Positions 26,501-40,217 of a stretch of 59,867 nt of DNA are shown in pieces; position 1 is the stretch's first letter; every line of letters begins with the position of its first letter. The notes below the pieces were generated by a model, which did not search any database, was not told the origin of the DNA, and was given only the letters and a program-made list of their open reading frames with translations. The position numbers and the translations under genes were made by a program. Location of the stretch: assembly GCA_000934665.2 (NCBI GenBank), contig JYFJ02002310.1:1-59867 (forward strand), read 5' to 3'. Source of the stretch: Catajapyx aquilonaris. Lineage: Eukaryota.

Positions 26501-28997
26501 CGTGACAAGCTGGTGTTGTCGATCGTTCAGGCAAATAGAAAGCAGCACTTTAACTATGCCGTGTGTATAATGTGTTGCTGCAAGTTAGTGCTACTTGAGT
26601 ACCGTATTCGTTTATTATACCGGTAGTTTAGGGTTGTCGTACATAAAAACGAATGTTCAACAATAACATTACCATTGACGAAAAATAGCACATATACACT
26701 CGTAGAAAATTGCGTAAATGATTGTGATTATCCAGTCCCTTGAGGCAATGACCAAGCTAAATAAAGCCCTCGATATTTCTTACGATGCCATTACAGACCA
26801 TTAGTTTCTCGTCTTTTTTTAAACTTCTTCTCCGACCGTGTAGGTACAGAAGAGAAACCAGCAGCCTGCTAAATATTCCGAATGTAAACCCCAAGTGGCA
26901 GAGGCAAAGAACGTGAGTCACATACCATTAAGAAGGGCAAACACCACAAAATGAGAGTCTCATTGTGAGCGAGAAGATATAACCATAAGCTACCCCTCAG
27001 TAGGACTGCCATCTATGTGTGGTCCAAAACTTGCTTGGGGGTTGGCTAAAATCAAGTTTGTTCCTACACTAAAATATAACTTATCCTCCAAATCTCATGT
27101 TTAAAAATCGCTGTGGGGTAATACTTATGGAGGCAATACACGTCACGGCGTCGGCAGCGCCGCGGTGTGCCAAGAGTCGTTACTTAGGCAAGGCAACATA
27201 TTCTGTCATGCACGTTTTAGGAACCTATCAGCGGCATGGTCCTAAATGCATATCTTAGCTACACTGTTAATTTCACCAATTTTCTCAACATGAGCTGGCA
27301 GGGATTTAGAAAAATATCGCTCCTCCAAGTATGAACATCCCGTTTGGCAATTACGAGAAAACAACAAGTGGCATCCAAACCGTAACTAATAGCCACCGAG
27401 CATTGGTTTGGCCACTGACAATTTAATTTAGAGAGGTGGAACAAAAGTAGAGTCTTGCTGCTGCCAGAATTGAAATCCACATGAAGTCTCTTTTGTGGCC
27501 AACTGCTTATTGTGCTACCCTCCTTTCCTTCGAGAATGTTCATTTTTCTTTCTTTCATCCTCTCGTCTAAAGGCTAAACTTCGCCAAAAGGCCTTTGTTA
27601 TGGCATCCTTAAGACGACTGGATGCCTGCTCCCAAATCGGATAAACCTGCCTCTAATCCGATTTATTGCAGTCTTCAAGCTTGGAATATTTTTATCATGT
27701 CTGGATTAAATTTTATCCATTATGCGAATAACTTTATGACTATTAAGATGCAGAGTACTGCAAATTATCACAGAGAACTGCCTGTCAAGCTTAAATCCTC
27801 ATATTTAATGTATCGTTATTATTAACTGTGCTGAGGAACATGCTGATACCACTAGAATATTGTTGATGTATTTGATGCTTTTCCGACATGTGAGTACCCG
27901 TGAGTATTATCGGCATAGAACAAACGAGTAACTACAACAATATGAATTATTTTGTATTAATATTTCTAACACTGCTAAAAATGCTCAATTTTTATAGTTT
28001 CTTTTTTGTTTACTGAAAGCAACATTTCATATGATTGGGTTACCCTGTGTTTGCTCAAGGTGGCAACCCTTCAACTGGGCCATTACATGGGAACACAGTA
28101 GTCTACACGTAATTAGCCTACACATCCTACACGTTAACGCCATTCACATCGTAAGTGGACAATTATTTGAAACCCTCTAAAATGTGGTAGCTCTTCTTGC
28201 AATTTACGATTAAACGAGGATATCAAAATGGATTTACCTTTTCAACCATTATTACATACTAGAAACAACTTCACTAAATATTAATTCAGAATTTAAAAAC
28301 ACGGCCTCATTAGGTGCAGCAGGCAGAGACGAGGCAATGTCAGTGTCGTATGTCTGATCTACTAGCCTACATAGGAGATAGTGTATAAGGCACTCTTTAA
28401 TTCATGTTAATAATTGTCCAAATAACGAGGTTCTAGAGACCAACTTCATGTGCATGACAAATAGCTTCTTACGTTTGTTACAAATATTTAAGAGTTCATC
28501 AGATTACCATATAGGCAACTGCCTGAGTGCTGAGGATCGCCGACGGGCCCGACATTTGGGTGGAGTCGGCAGTGGCGAAGTTGCAGAATTAGTGTGAAAT
28601 CACATGATTCTTTGGATCTTGCACAAAACTTCTGGAATGTCACACCCCACGGGCTGTGATAACCGGTTAGGGCTAGGAGCCACCCTGACTATCCCTAAAT
28701 TAGTCTAGCAATGTCTTGTCATGCAACAAATAAAGAATGTTGCCTCCCGTTCAAACATAGCTACCTTGAACCTCAAACACACTCGTAGGTATGGTGTATG
28801 GATGTTCTCATTTAGAATTTTGATATGCAGGGTGGAATTTGTTACTCTAGTCGTCTAGTGTATGGTCTGAATATATCTAATATCCCATACCCATGGAAGG
28901 TATATAATATGTTCATTATATTGCATGCAGCTGACGTTCCACTTATCATACATGCAGTTTCCAGCTTTCTTTCGTACTTGTAGGATGGCGCAATATA

Positions 28998-29220
28998 CAG
29001 GGTGTTCCAGATTCGTGGGTCACTTTTTGCTAACTGATATCGCTTGGTAGCAGTTATTTTTTTGTAGCTTGTTGTGCCCCTAACCATGCTCCATTTTATA
29101 GAACCTGCTATATTCGACCCCTAGTGGGTCGAATTTAGCAGTAGTTACCAGCTACAAAAAATAACTGCTATTGGGCGATATAAGTTATCAAAAAGTGACC
29201 CACGAATCTGGAACACCCTG
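28998..29220. mobile_element. Tc1/mariner-type MITE, family B (223-bp foldback)
   Basis: TA-CAGGGTGTTCCAGATTCGTGGGTCACTTTTTG ... CAAAAAGTGACCCACGAATCTGGAACACCCTG-TA; ~70-bp arms plus an internal hairpin. Confidence 0.93.
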
Positions 29221-29637
29221 TATATTATTGAAAAGAATGCAAGCATTAGCAAGCAAGTGGGAAAATGAAATTCCATGATCCCTATTTCGCTCTATAAACT
29301 AACAAGACTTTTGGTGAACATGGTGCTTGATAGTTGTAAACGGAGCTGTGACATTTGGGGTGATAGTGTTTCAATTACAAGTTTCAAATATCCCAGATGA
29401 GGATAATTTTTATTTCCTTTTTTTGGGCATTGACAGATGACGCGTAATATTTGTAAACAAAATTAATATTGTTCACTAACACTGATATTTAACAAACTTG
29501 ATGAGATATCCATTACAAATGATGTTCCATTGAACAAAAAGCATTGCACTATCATCAAGGTCCTAAAATATAAGTTTTAATGAACAATATGGGACTCAAA
29601 AAATAATTATTGTCATCTCTGAATGCTACCAAAGTTG

Positions 29638-29638
<1 letters not shown>

Positions 29639-29719
<81 letters not shown>
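29639..29719. repeat. (TAA)n microsatellite
   Basis: Perfect trinucleotide run. Confidence 0.98.
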
Positions 29720-29817
29720 TTCATACCCCGTTATCAGCCGGCGGCTCTTGAGGGGGGGAGTTCATCCCAATTTTGTTTTGACTGGAACTCTTTGCTTTCA
29801 TTTTTACTTCGCTTTTT

Positions 29818-29917
29818 GGGATAGGATAGGGACGGAAGGACGCGGCTGTGGCCTAATTATTTAGGAAGCAATCCCGGAATTCTCCTAGGGGGAGCGTGGG
29901 AAACCACAGAAAGCCAC
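29818..29917 (-). mobile_element. SINE body fragment of an insect tRNA-SINE type (head missing)
   Basis: Minus strand GGCTTTCTGTGGTTTCCC...CTAGGAGAATTCCGGGATTGCTTCCTAAATAATTAGGCCACAGCCGCGTCCTTCC resembles the recalled insect SINE core ...CCAGGCAAATGCCGGGATAGTACCTTAAATTAGGCCACGGCCGCTTCCTTCC. Confidence 0.6.
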
Positions 29918-30047
29918 GGATGTGTGACCCTCTTTTTCCCCATTCCTCCGACAAATCATCGGTTGCAGAAAACGGCTTACAAAGTAGCAGCTACGTGCAA
30001 TTTTCCGATAACTGTTCGGACAAAAAAGTTGAAACACCCTGACCCTG
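29918..30047. mobile_element. MITE family A, truncated copy 3 (one end only)
   Basis: Aligns to ~16008-16138; ends CACCCTGACCCTG-TA with a 6-bp terminal duplication. Confidence 0.88.
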
Positions 30048-30062
30048 TATACATATTTATAT

Positions 30063-30959
30063 CCTCCTGAGACCTGGTGTCGACATATGTCGACATCAGC
30101 AAAATATATTTTTGGCACCAACTAGTGATGCCAACAGAACATCTGCTGGTATCCCATGATTACAATCAGGCCTCAATAGGTGTAACCACCTAGTGTTGAA
30201 TATCTAACTTTGGCCGCGAAAATTGAATCACTTATGAAAATGGCGGATTCCGCTGCTGAAGCTAGGCGCTCATCTGATAAGTTTTATTTTTTACTCATAT
30301 TTAGAGTGTGATTTTCGCAATGCAGTGAATGTCCTGGGATTCGCAAGGAATGTGTAATAGGAAATACGAGAAGATGTCTCTGTGACAATCTTTGTTGCTG
30401 TAGAGAACTGGTAATTTTCTTTTCTTCCTGAGACCAAATGCCCATTTAAATGGACATCCGAAAAATGGCATTTTTAGCTGAATGGGCTGTGACTTTTTTT
30501 TACTAAGTGCCTGTACTTATACACCCATAAGGAAGTGTGCTTTGCATTATGCAGTTCAGTAGTTTAAAATCTAGAATAGCGAGGTACCACTCTAGCAGGT
30601 AAGAAGGGAAGGAGCAAGTCCCATGCCTGGAGTGGTGGCGTTCAAAAATAATTTCATTTATCTTTAATTGTCTTCTGAGAGGAATTGCTACCACGAATTC
30701 CACAAATGAATTTTAAAAACATTGTTTTGAGGATAGAGCACTATGTTAGTGATCCATTAAGTGGCATTTAAATTTTCAGCTTTAATCCGCTCTGCTTTTG
30801 TAGCAGCAATTGGGTCCTAATGTTCTCATTGGTTGTTTGTCACTATTTTTGTCGATATTTTAAAACTAAAATTTTTATCTCTTTTCTTATTGAGAAAAAG
30901 TTCAGAAAATGCAATAGGAACTGACATTGCGTTAAAAATTCTTCTCAGGTCTCAGGAGG
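30063..30959. mobile_element. piggyBac-like non-autonomous element with an ATAT-type target
   Basis: ATAT-CCTCCTGAGACCTG ... CAGGTCTCAGGAGG-ATGT: perfect 14-bp TIR, an internal TIR-like copy at ~30425, and the same termini as 49251-49298. Confidence 0.8.
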
Positions 30960-31199
30960 ATGTGATATAATATAATATAATATAATTAATAATTATATTA
31001 TATTATATATAATTATATTGTATATTATATTTATTATTGTTTTAAGTTATTATTTGGGCGGCTACTATTTGTCTGTTATTGCCCTGTAAATGCACAGAAT
31101 TGAAGCAACCCGGGCAGGAGGGCCACTAGTTACAGAGACGGCTGGACTCGGTCGTTTGCGGCATTGGTGCATCGCTAGGGTTTTGTTAATTTTTAACGA

Positions 31200-31201
<2 letters not shown>

Positions 31202-31274
<73 letters not shown>
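31202..31274. repeat. (ATT)n microsatellite
   Basis: Perfect trinucleotide run. Confidence 0.98.
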
Positions 31275-31279
<5 letters not shown>

Positions 31280-32032
31280 TCCAGGTAGGAGCAAGACTGA
31301 CAATAATTAAAACTAAAGGCCCATCAACCGCAGGAGATAATTATGGAAATCTATGAGAAGACCGTTGTCCCATGCACACGGATATGTATATTTATTTCAC
31401 CATAAATCCTAAACCATACTAGTTCTTATAATGTAGACATATGACATTTGACAAAAGCGCTGTAAGTGGAATCTAAGTCTGCTTGACAAGAACTTTGCTA
31501 ATTTTTATTCGACCGTAGAACACCGGGAGGGGGTGGATGGGAGGTGGGGGTAGCAGAGTATTTATCTGACGAAATCCTGATCTTAGACTTTGTAGAAAAA
31601 CGGAAGCGGCCCATGTCTAACAGTATGCAACTGGCCGGAGATCACGGATTGCGACAATGGCCTATACACCTACGCCATTGAGAGTGCCGGTCCAGATAAA
31701 AAGTGCTCTGCAGCCAGGCCAAGGGAAATGCAAGTGTTTCCATGCAGGTGATTCCGAGTCCGAAAAATAAAAGCACAACTTGGGCGTGAGAAAGAAGCCA
31801 TATAATATGGAAGGGGCTGGTCACCACTCTAGCTATCAGTATATACTTGCCTTAGAAACAGGCCTTTGGAATATGGCATGTACTATGACCGACTGATTAG
31901 ACTCCCCCCCCCCCTCCCCAGTAGTGTCGAGATAGCGAACTTTTGAATTAAGCTAAATCAGAGTACTCGAATATATGCCTTTCAGGTCAGAATTGACTTA
32001 TTTTAGTTGAGAATTCAGTGAACCTATATATA

Positions 32033-32362
32033 CAGGGTGTTTAAACTTTTTTGTCCGAACAGTTATCGGAAAGTTGCACGTAGCTGCTACTTTGTAAGCA
32101 GTGACTTGCAACCGGTGATTTGTCGGAGGAATGGGGAATGGGGAAAAAGAGGGTCGCACATCCCATGGCATGTGTGACCCTCTTTTTTCCAGGCTTGACC
32201 CTCAATTTTCAGCGGACAGCACGTATGCCACTTCAACCTATGATTCGCAGTGAACATTCCCCATTCCTCTGAAAAATCACAGTTTGCAAGTCACTGCTTA
32301 CAAAGTAGCAGCTACGTGCAATTTTCCGATAACTGTTCGGACAAAAAAGATGGGACACCCTG
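32033..32362. mobile_element. MITE family A, copy 2 (opposite orientation to copy 1)
   Basis: TA-CAGGGTGT...ACACCCTG-TA; full-length reverse-complement similarity to 15808-16138. Confidence 0.93.
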
Positions 32363-34848
32363 TATAAATTAGGCCTACATATATGCACATAATCAGGTTA
32401 AGCTGAACGACACATAATAGGCCTACATCGCAACTTCATGTAACTGTGACATCAGTTACAGAAAAAGTAGCAACTATTAAGCATTATTTATGCCACAAAA
32501 GTAAAAAAGGACACCCTGTGTATAACATGGTGTGACAAAAGTGCTCAGCTCCTCTCGGAAGTTCCAGCTAGCTTCTCGCCACGCTGTCGGCAGCGAATTT
32601 CACCACATTCGCTCACGCTATGAGAGCTACGAGCGCTAGCTAGAGAATGGGGCGAGCTGTCAAAAAGCATGACGAGAAGGCGTTTCTCGCGAACTTGTGT
32701 ACACACGACGGTTCTCTATTCCGGCAATTCCGTCTTCTGTTAAAATTGCTCAGGTTAAATGTATTATTGTCAGAGAGTTAAAAGATGCCTCACTTGACCT
32801 ATTGGTGACTGACAGGTGAGTCATGCTCTAGTGTGAACTGCCACTTGCAGACACTGCTGTGATGTGTCTTCTCCAGAAACCCAAGTGGAAGTGGAGCATC
32901 CTCCTAACAGTCTCAACTATACTGACAAGACATTACACCAAGTGACGTTCACTTGTTTCACCACTGACATTTTTACGGAAAAATTGGCAGGCGAGAATCT
33001 AGGTGTGTCCAAGAGATTTTGGTGGCAAGAATGCACAATACTTGATTGCAGAATCCGATAGTTCGAAGAAAGATTCGATCTACACGGAGTTTGTGTTGAG
33101 TGGTGTCTAAAGATGTTTCATCATGATGATTTTTAGAAAAAAAAATTGCGATATTTACCGCCAAATGGTAGCCTACTTATTTTTGGAATGTGGAACTATA
33201 TATAGCGTTTTCGTTGTCCACATAAACTTAGTGCCAAATTGCTAAGTAATGAGCCAAGACAGTGCATGACACACAATAGGATGACATGTTAAGCTATCCT
33301 TACTGCAATCACTATAGTATATACGCCTATATAAGAATAGTGAATGGCCCTTCGACATGTTTACCGCATTGGAAAACCCCTTCCCCTCTCGCAAGAGGTG
33401 GCAGCACCAACAAATTGCACTTAAGCAGGTCATTATCTAATCCATCCTTAACACCTTCATAAAATTTACACCTTACCCCCGCCATATAAATCTCAAGACA
33501 AATTCGCTTGCACTTTGTAACACATTGTAATATTCCTGCCCCAGTCAGGTGGTGCGCACAATGCAAATACACACTCCCTATTACCCTATGCATATCTCTA
33601 TCCGGCCCACTACCTCCACCATGTAGGTGTCAGCCAGTGCAATATGGCGTCTGTGAAAATCTTGTAGAAGGTCAGCTGAGAGAAGGGCTTCCTCTTTGCC
33701 TCGCGTGTCAATGTGGGTGGGGGCCACCCAGCCAGGTAGATGGTAGAGTGAGGGAGATTTGGGGGGGGGGGGCGCTTAAGAAAGGGGGGTGAGAGGGGGG
33801 GGGGATAGTTCCTGCTCACGAGGAGCATCTTCCCGCCTCTTTTTATCTGGCGTCGGCATCGGATCTTCAAGCAAAACATGGTTCGCCATCAAGTCCTTAT
33901 TGCCATCGGGAAGATAGTATTTATGGATTCAAAATTAGGCATCCTGATTAAATGGGACAAAAAAAATGGGCTCGTGGTGGAGACAATCGCTCAGCTTCTA
34001 ATTCGAGTTAATATAGCTGTATGAGTAATTATGCTCTTATAGTCTAAATTTTCTACTTCGATGACTGCACATATTTATTATCTATTATTAAAATAACGAT
34101 CATTTAGTGCTGAACTGGCAACAATATATTGTGAATTAAGTTGGTTGGGTGTGGTAATATAGCCCAAAAAGTGTGTTAGTATAGTTTTATGGACTGCCAC
34201 CTTTGACAATTATTATGTAGCACCTGAGAATGTGAATGACGTACAAAATGCATAATGGATAACAAAGCACCACCCTGCCATGTGTCATGTGGGGGAAGGA
34301 GGAGGGGGGGAATACTTCCGGTGGAAAATAATTTCACGCCTCGTAATCACGTCAAAAAAAAAAATCCCCCTGCCAAACTCCACATCTCAATTCTGCTGCC
34401 AATTTCAAGTACCCGTCGTCCTTCCCAATAGTTACAAAAAAAACCTCTAAAAATAAGCAGTTGAAATTACAGGCCGAAAAAGAGCGTGTCAAATGGCGTT
34501 TGCTCCGTCATCCCGACCACAAAACGCCCAATTTCGCTCCTTCTGGATGTTAGGTTATCAGAGTAATTTAATTTTGTTCCCTCGCTAGTTTCACTCGTTT
34601 GTTGCGTTATTAAAATAATGTCTTAAGTATAGGTCTGGAGGAGCGATTTGTTTTGTTTGAGGCTCTGGGCCACAGCAATCAAGCCATAAAAAGCTGACGA
34701 AATTATGGGGTTTGGGGGGGAAGGTGGGGGAGGGTAGAACGGAGGAGAAGGGAGGACGATGAGATGGGAAGCGCTTTTTCTTCAACTGTCTATTCAAATA
34801 GTTCTGCTGTCCACCATTCGAAGGCGCCACCAGCTTAATGCCTACTGG

Positions 34849-34882
<34 letters not shown>

Positions 34883-34968
34883 NATTAGATTGTTACTTGT
34901 CCCCGACAAAAACTCGCTTCTGCCAACTCATTTTCTTCAAACCATTTTGATATATACCTGAAGAATAA

Positions 34969-34969
<1 letters not shown>

Positions 34970-35034
<65 letters not shown>
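34970..35034. repeat. (AAT)n microsatellite
   Basis: Perfect trinucleotide run. Confidence 0.97.
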
Positions 35035-37851
35035 GCCAGCGTAGTAACATGGCCATATATTTATTCTAAAACGTAGAATGATTGAAGCGGATTGAAGACT
35101 AATAATATTAGGAACATGATCAGAGCTAGGACACATTGTATGGATCAAAGATCTGTCATTCATGTCTGAAAGAAAACTAGTGTTGAATCGAACGTGCGGT
35201 TGGGCGACAGCATGTTCCAGACTGCCGGAGACCCATTAAAAATATGCTGGGTGTAAAATTTGGGCATGTAGTACAAGATGCCCTTCCCCGAAAAACAGGT
35301 GGGCGGATCAGGACCTTCCCTTTTTTTACCTTCCTCTTTTTTCCCGTTGCTTTTGCCCCCAGGTGAAAAACGGTCCTATTCGCTCTTTTTTGTCTTCCGA
35401 TAGCTCCACTCCTATCCGAGCGAGATTTTTTTTTTGTACCTTTCGCGATTGCGATTTGCCGATGGGAAAAATGCATAGTGGTGAAATAAGGAAACGTGTG
35501 TTAGTCGTATATAAAAAATAATGGCACAAAAAAATTGAAGAAATGTCCACGTATGTACTATACAGTACTGTGAATGAGTATGGGAATATGCTTCACATGT
35601 ATGTTGGTCAGAACCTTTTAATTCCAGGTGGAACCGCCAGCAGGTAAGTGGAGTTGCAGCCCAATAAAGTATGTTGCACTTTCTTATCTTATTTGAAAAG
35701 GTACAGGAGGGCGGTTTGAGCTCCTCCTTTGCCTTTCTTCGCTTCATCAATAACACTTCTGACTCGTCCTTCACCCAGCACTAGCTTCTTAGCCTGACTA
35801 AGCTTGCTTTTGAGGGTCGTGGATAGGAGCATATAAATATAAATAAAAAATATAAATATAAAAAACTTCAATTTTTGAAATTTGCATTAAAAACGGTATT
35901 GCAATTATTGAACATTTACGGTGCTACCAGAATATTGTTCAACAAAGATGCCCTTGGCAATTCTGACACCCTGTATATAAATGGCAGAGTGCGTGTAAAG
36001 TAATGGAAACTTTCTTCACACTTACTGAGGCTATTTGTCACACGGTGACGCAATATTATAATTGGCCAGATAGTACATCTTGTCGAGATAGGTGTTTCGG
36101 TAGCTACCAGTCTCGCAGGTGCACCAAGCAAGATAGGATGAAAGGAACGAGAAATGATAGCTAGTCTTAGCTAGGGCTAGCAAGTCCTGGAAAAAACAAT
36201 CCCTGCTGAGACAAACTGCTTGGCACATCCTTGCAGCGATGCATCTCTGGTAGCTTGGGAGATGAAGAACCGGTTTGTTTCTTGGAGAAGAAGCGATAGG
36301 AGAAAGAGGATAGCAAGAAGGCGAAGAAGGAGAAGAAGGCTAAGGAGAAGGCAAATTGTGCGCTCTCTTATATCGCCTGGAGCTGGGGCGCCCGTGATCT
36401 GAGACGCCATTGCCACCTAGGCTTGGAAATAAAAATTTACCAGCATGATACGTGACTTTTGCCTCCACTTATGTTAGTTGGGACGTGGTATAAGTATTTC
36501 TGTTCTAGACTCAATCAGTACTGAGGTTACGGGTTCAAGTTCTATTGCATCAGACATCATACTAGCTACTATGATAGGATTTCCTCTATGCATTCGGGTG
36601 GGCATTTCAGGCCGGAACAGTCAGCAAGAAATAAATGAAGTCGTGAAAAAAATTTAAAAGGAGAGAATCAAACGAGATAGGGAATCTGCAGGATGCACAT
36701 TTGCTTCGGGCACTTTCTGGTGGTCAAGATGACAGTTTGCATTAGGAAAGTGGAAGTACTTTTTCAAAGAATCCTTAGAGAGTAAGCAATATTTGTCTTA
36801 TATATACATCGATACCAGACAGTAAGAATCAGAAAAGTGACAAAATAAGTGGTGGCCTGCAAGAAAGCAAAAATCATTAACTATTGTTAGATGTCTACTC
36901 TTGCCAATATTATACACTATAAAACATCTAACCGAATTTTTTGTGGGCGGTACGAATTTTGCAATTTTATCACTTGCATGGTTTTGTCAACATATATTTT
37001 GATCAGTAAACTTAATTTTTTGCGTGATCGTGTGTCTACTAGAAAAGATAAGCTAATAGATTTGGAAACCAGGGTACATGGCTAAGATATGGGGGCCATA
37101 GTGTTGCGAATAAGCAATTGTTTCACATTTAAAATTGCCAATGTACCTGCGATAATTGAGAGAGCTAGTGAAAGATAGCTAATTATTATTTGAGAAAAAT
37201 ATATACCGGTATGCATAAAGGAGATGTAAGATGCAATAATGTATTGAATACGTTACGACCTCCAACAGAAAAGTGAACAATAATATTTTAGCTTCCACAT
37301 AATTGTGAACGAAGTCTGAGATATAATACTGCGACCGAGGCTTGTATAATTTTGATTAGAATCAGAGAGCATAGTATGTGGAGGTGAAGTGAGCAATAAA
37401 CCGGACCTTGGCCTCCGAGTAAATTTTTGAGTTGCTGAGATATTCCTTGCCAAGAGATGCAACAATAAAGGAGACCTTGCTGTAGGCAGTAAGCAGTAAA
37501 CCGGACGCTGCAAGCGAGGTGCGTAATGTAACCGTTGGTCTGTTGCCTGGCAAGTTTGGTGGAGTCATACATAATGACTTTTATAATGTATATCATAGTT
37601 ATTTTCAGTAACTATATACCGTACGGGTAGCTCCAGTTTTACGACGGGGTAAGGTTCTATACAAGATCAATCATACATAATTATAACAGTACTGTATGTT
37701 TCTCCAGACCCATACTAATCCATCAAGAAAACTAAAGAAGTGCCTATTACGTGTTTGGACTCACAGGCGTTGTGTTACTGCTTCGATTTTTTCAGAAATT
37801 TTACTTCACTTATCTGAGTATCACCCACTACCGACACCCCACCGCGCTAGT

Positions 37852-37980
37852 TGAGGGCGATAAAAATTCCGGCAAGACTCGGAGTTGTCATACGTCATGC
37901 ATTTGACACAAGGTATTTTGTAAATTATCATATGCCAGGCATGACAACTCCGCTTCCTGCCGAGTCCCTTATCGCACTCA
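37852..37980. repeat. Degenerate inverted repeat, probably a TE relic
   Basis: TGAGGGCGATAA..CGGCAAG..CGGAGTTGTCAT / ATGACAACTCCG..TGCCG..TTATCGCACTCA. Confidence 0.7.
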
Positions 37981-40217
37981 TTTATAGTTGTGGAGTATCC
38001 TTAGCAGGTGGCATTATTAGTCGCTGGATGGAATATGTATTTAACGAAAAATGGATAATATCTATATTATTAATGACTGTCATGGAAACTCCTCCAGCAC
38101 GGTATACGGCCTACAGCTATGGGAGTGGTGTCAAATTTTTTCACGTGTTTTCTATATTTGCAAACCACTTTTGTTTTTTTTGGAAACGGGTGCCGAGGGA
38201 AAACTTTAAAAAAAACGCACAGAAGAAGCCGACCACGGGTCCACGGCCGTTCCACGGAATTCCCATTTACGCCGTTCCGGGCGCCACCTCCTGGGTGGCG
38301 ACTCGCTCCTTTCTGCACTTCACCGTCGGATGTCGCTTCGATGCTGCTGCCTGGTACGGATCTCTCTATCCACTTTCGCATTTTTGCACTTTTGCCTAAT
38401 CTTTTGCCAAATTTTGGCAAGTTGGTGCCTAGTTTATATTATTCAAAGTGTTGCACCATTCAATGAACAACACCCACATTCTAATTTCCATGCCGAACCA
38501 AATCTGGATAGAAACCTCGAATTAATATCATATCTACAGTACCTGTACTGAGCCACCACAGTTTTACAATCTCCAGCTCTCCCCCATAAAACAATAGCCC
38601 CTCTTCCACGTTAATTGACTCATAGGCCATTAGCACACCTTGAATCAATTCTGGATCCTGATTGACGGCACGTGTGCTGCAGAAGACAACCCCCCCCCCC
38701 CTCACATAATAAATATATATAGAAAAAATGCTCTCAAGGACGTGAGGCAGGGAATAAAGATATCCCAGCTCATCTAGTAGGTCGAGGAGATGCAAGGAGG
38801 CATCATATACGACACAGTAGCCACCTCCTGGGCTCCTTAATCGAGTGGAAGGCTCAGCAACGCTTTTCCAGCCTATAAGATCATCAGGAGGACCGGGGAG
38901 ATTAGGGGTGGAGGTAGTGGGGAGTGGATGAGGCAAAAGCCAGCCTCACCTTTCGACATTCCGACAGGTGCGGCGGATCAATCATCCAATTAATCATTCC
39001 ATCAGCTATCCTCCTCACCCCACCTCCAGGTCCTGAACCAACTTGCGTTTTACACCGGGGGCAAATTGGACCTGCACTACTGGGGTGTCGATAATTCTCG
39101 ACCAAGTATTAATAAGTACAGCCATTAGGGCAGATAAGTAGGAGGGGGGGATAATGTACCCATCCTTTGCCTCCCCCACTTCCNCCCCCCCCCAACCTTT
39201 ACCTGCTCAATCAGGTCCAATTACGATAATAAGGTTGATAAGGTTTCAGGCCATGCCTCCAAAGTAAGCCTTATTAATCCAATATTTGGAGGGTTGTATT
39301 TTTTTTATTTTTGTAATGGAGGAATCCAGAGCCTGAGGCAAGTCCAAGTGATAATGAAGCCTCCGCCTACTAAAATGGGAAGGGGTATTAAAAAAATTAA
39401 ATCGACGCAGGTGAGTTAATAGGACTGGAATTAAGGCTCGGGGGTTGAGCTCGTTCCGCTTTGCTGCTCATTTATTGCTCTTGCTTCGATTGCAGCATTT
39501 TTTGTTGTTGTTTTCTTTTTTCGCCTAGGTAGCAAAACTCCCACGATGTGTAAAATGGCGCCGAGCTTTGTAGCGTAAGGCCTTCGCATTGTCTTGTGAA
39601 TGACTAAGACTTGTTGGCAAGAACGTGGCTGCACAAACTTTGTACACTAAGTAGTACACTGTATTCTAACTGAATTGTTCGTAGAGGATAGGGATTTTCA
39701 CTGTGAAGTATGTCACACTTGGGAAAGGTCTGCGCAGTTTAGCAGCTATTAATATTAGTCTCTATTTGAAACTTTATACCATATATACCAGCATTATAGA
39801 TCAGACACACAACATTCTCAGATTTGCACATTTGTAGTGATTGTACATGGCTTAATCCTGTCAGGTGACCAGGTCTACTATTGTAAGTAAAAAAGGCCAA
39901 CGTACCGTACCTGATGTGCTATGATGATTTTTGTCTTGATCGGGTCTTACATGCTGAATCCACATTCGGCACAGCACTGGCTTGTTTCAACAGCAGAATA
40001 TGATCGAAAGTCAACTGTTCACATCGCCAGCTGACAGTAAAACAGGTACAAGATTCAATGCAGATTTTACTACTGGACTGGACGAAATAGATGATTGTCT
40101 TTATTTTGATGCGCAGCGGCAGGTATTGATATAATACTGTATGATGGTGCATTGCCCAATTCTACAGCTAAGAAGGATATGGGTGAAGGGGTGAAGAAGT
40201 GTTGAATACTCGTACTT

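Noticed and set aside
35689..35871. Lys-rich minus-strand ORF (MLLSTTLKSKLSQAKKLVLGEGRV...) and a possible 16-nt + strand micro-exon at 35628-35643
   Set aside because: No homology I recognise and no partner exons; compatible with chance.
36037..36420. Solo LTR (TGTCAC end, TATAAG on the minus strand)
   Set aside because: No matching opposite end, TSD or second copy.
37851..38466. 182-aa ORF and overlapping ORFs
   Set aside because: Non-ATG start, overlap with an inverted repeat and a CpG-rich relic, and no recognisable domain.
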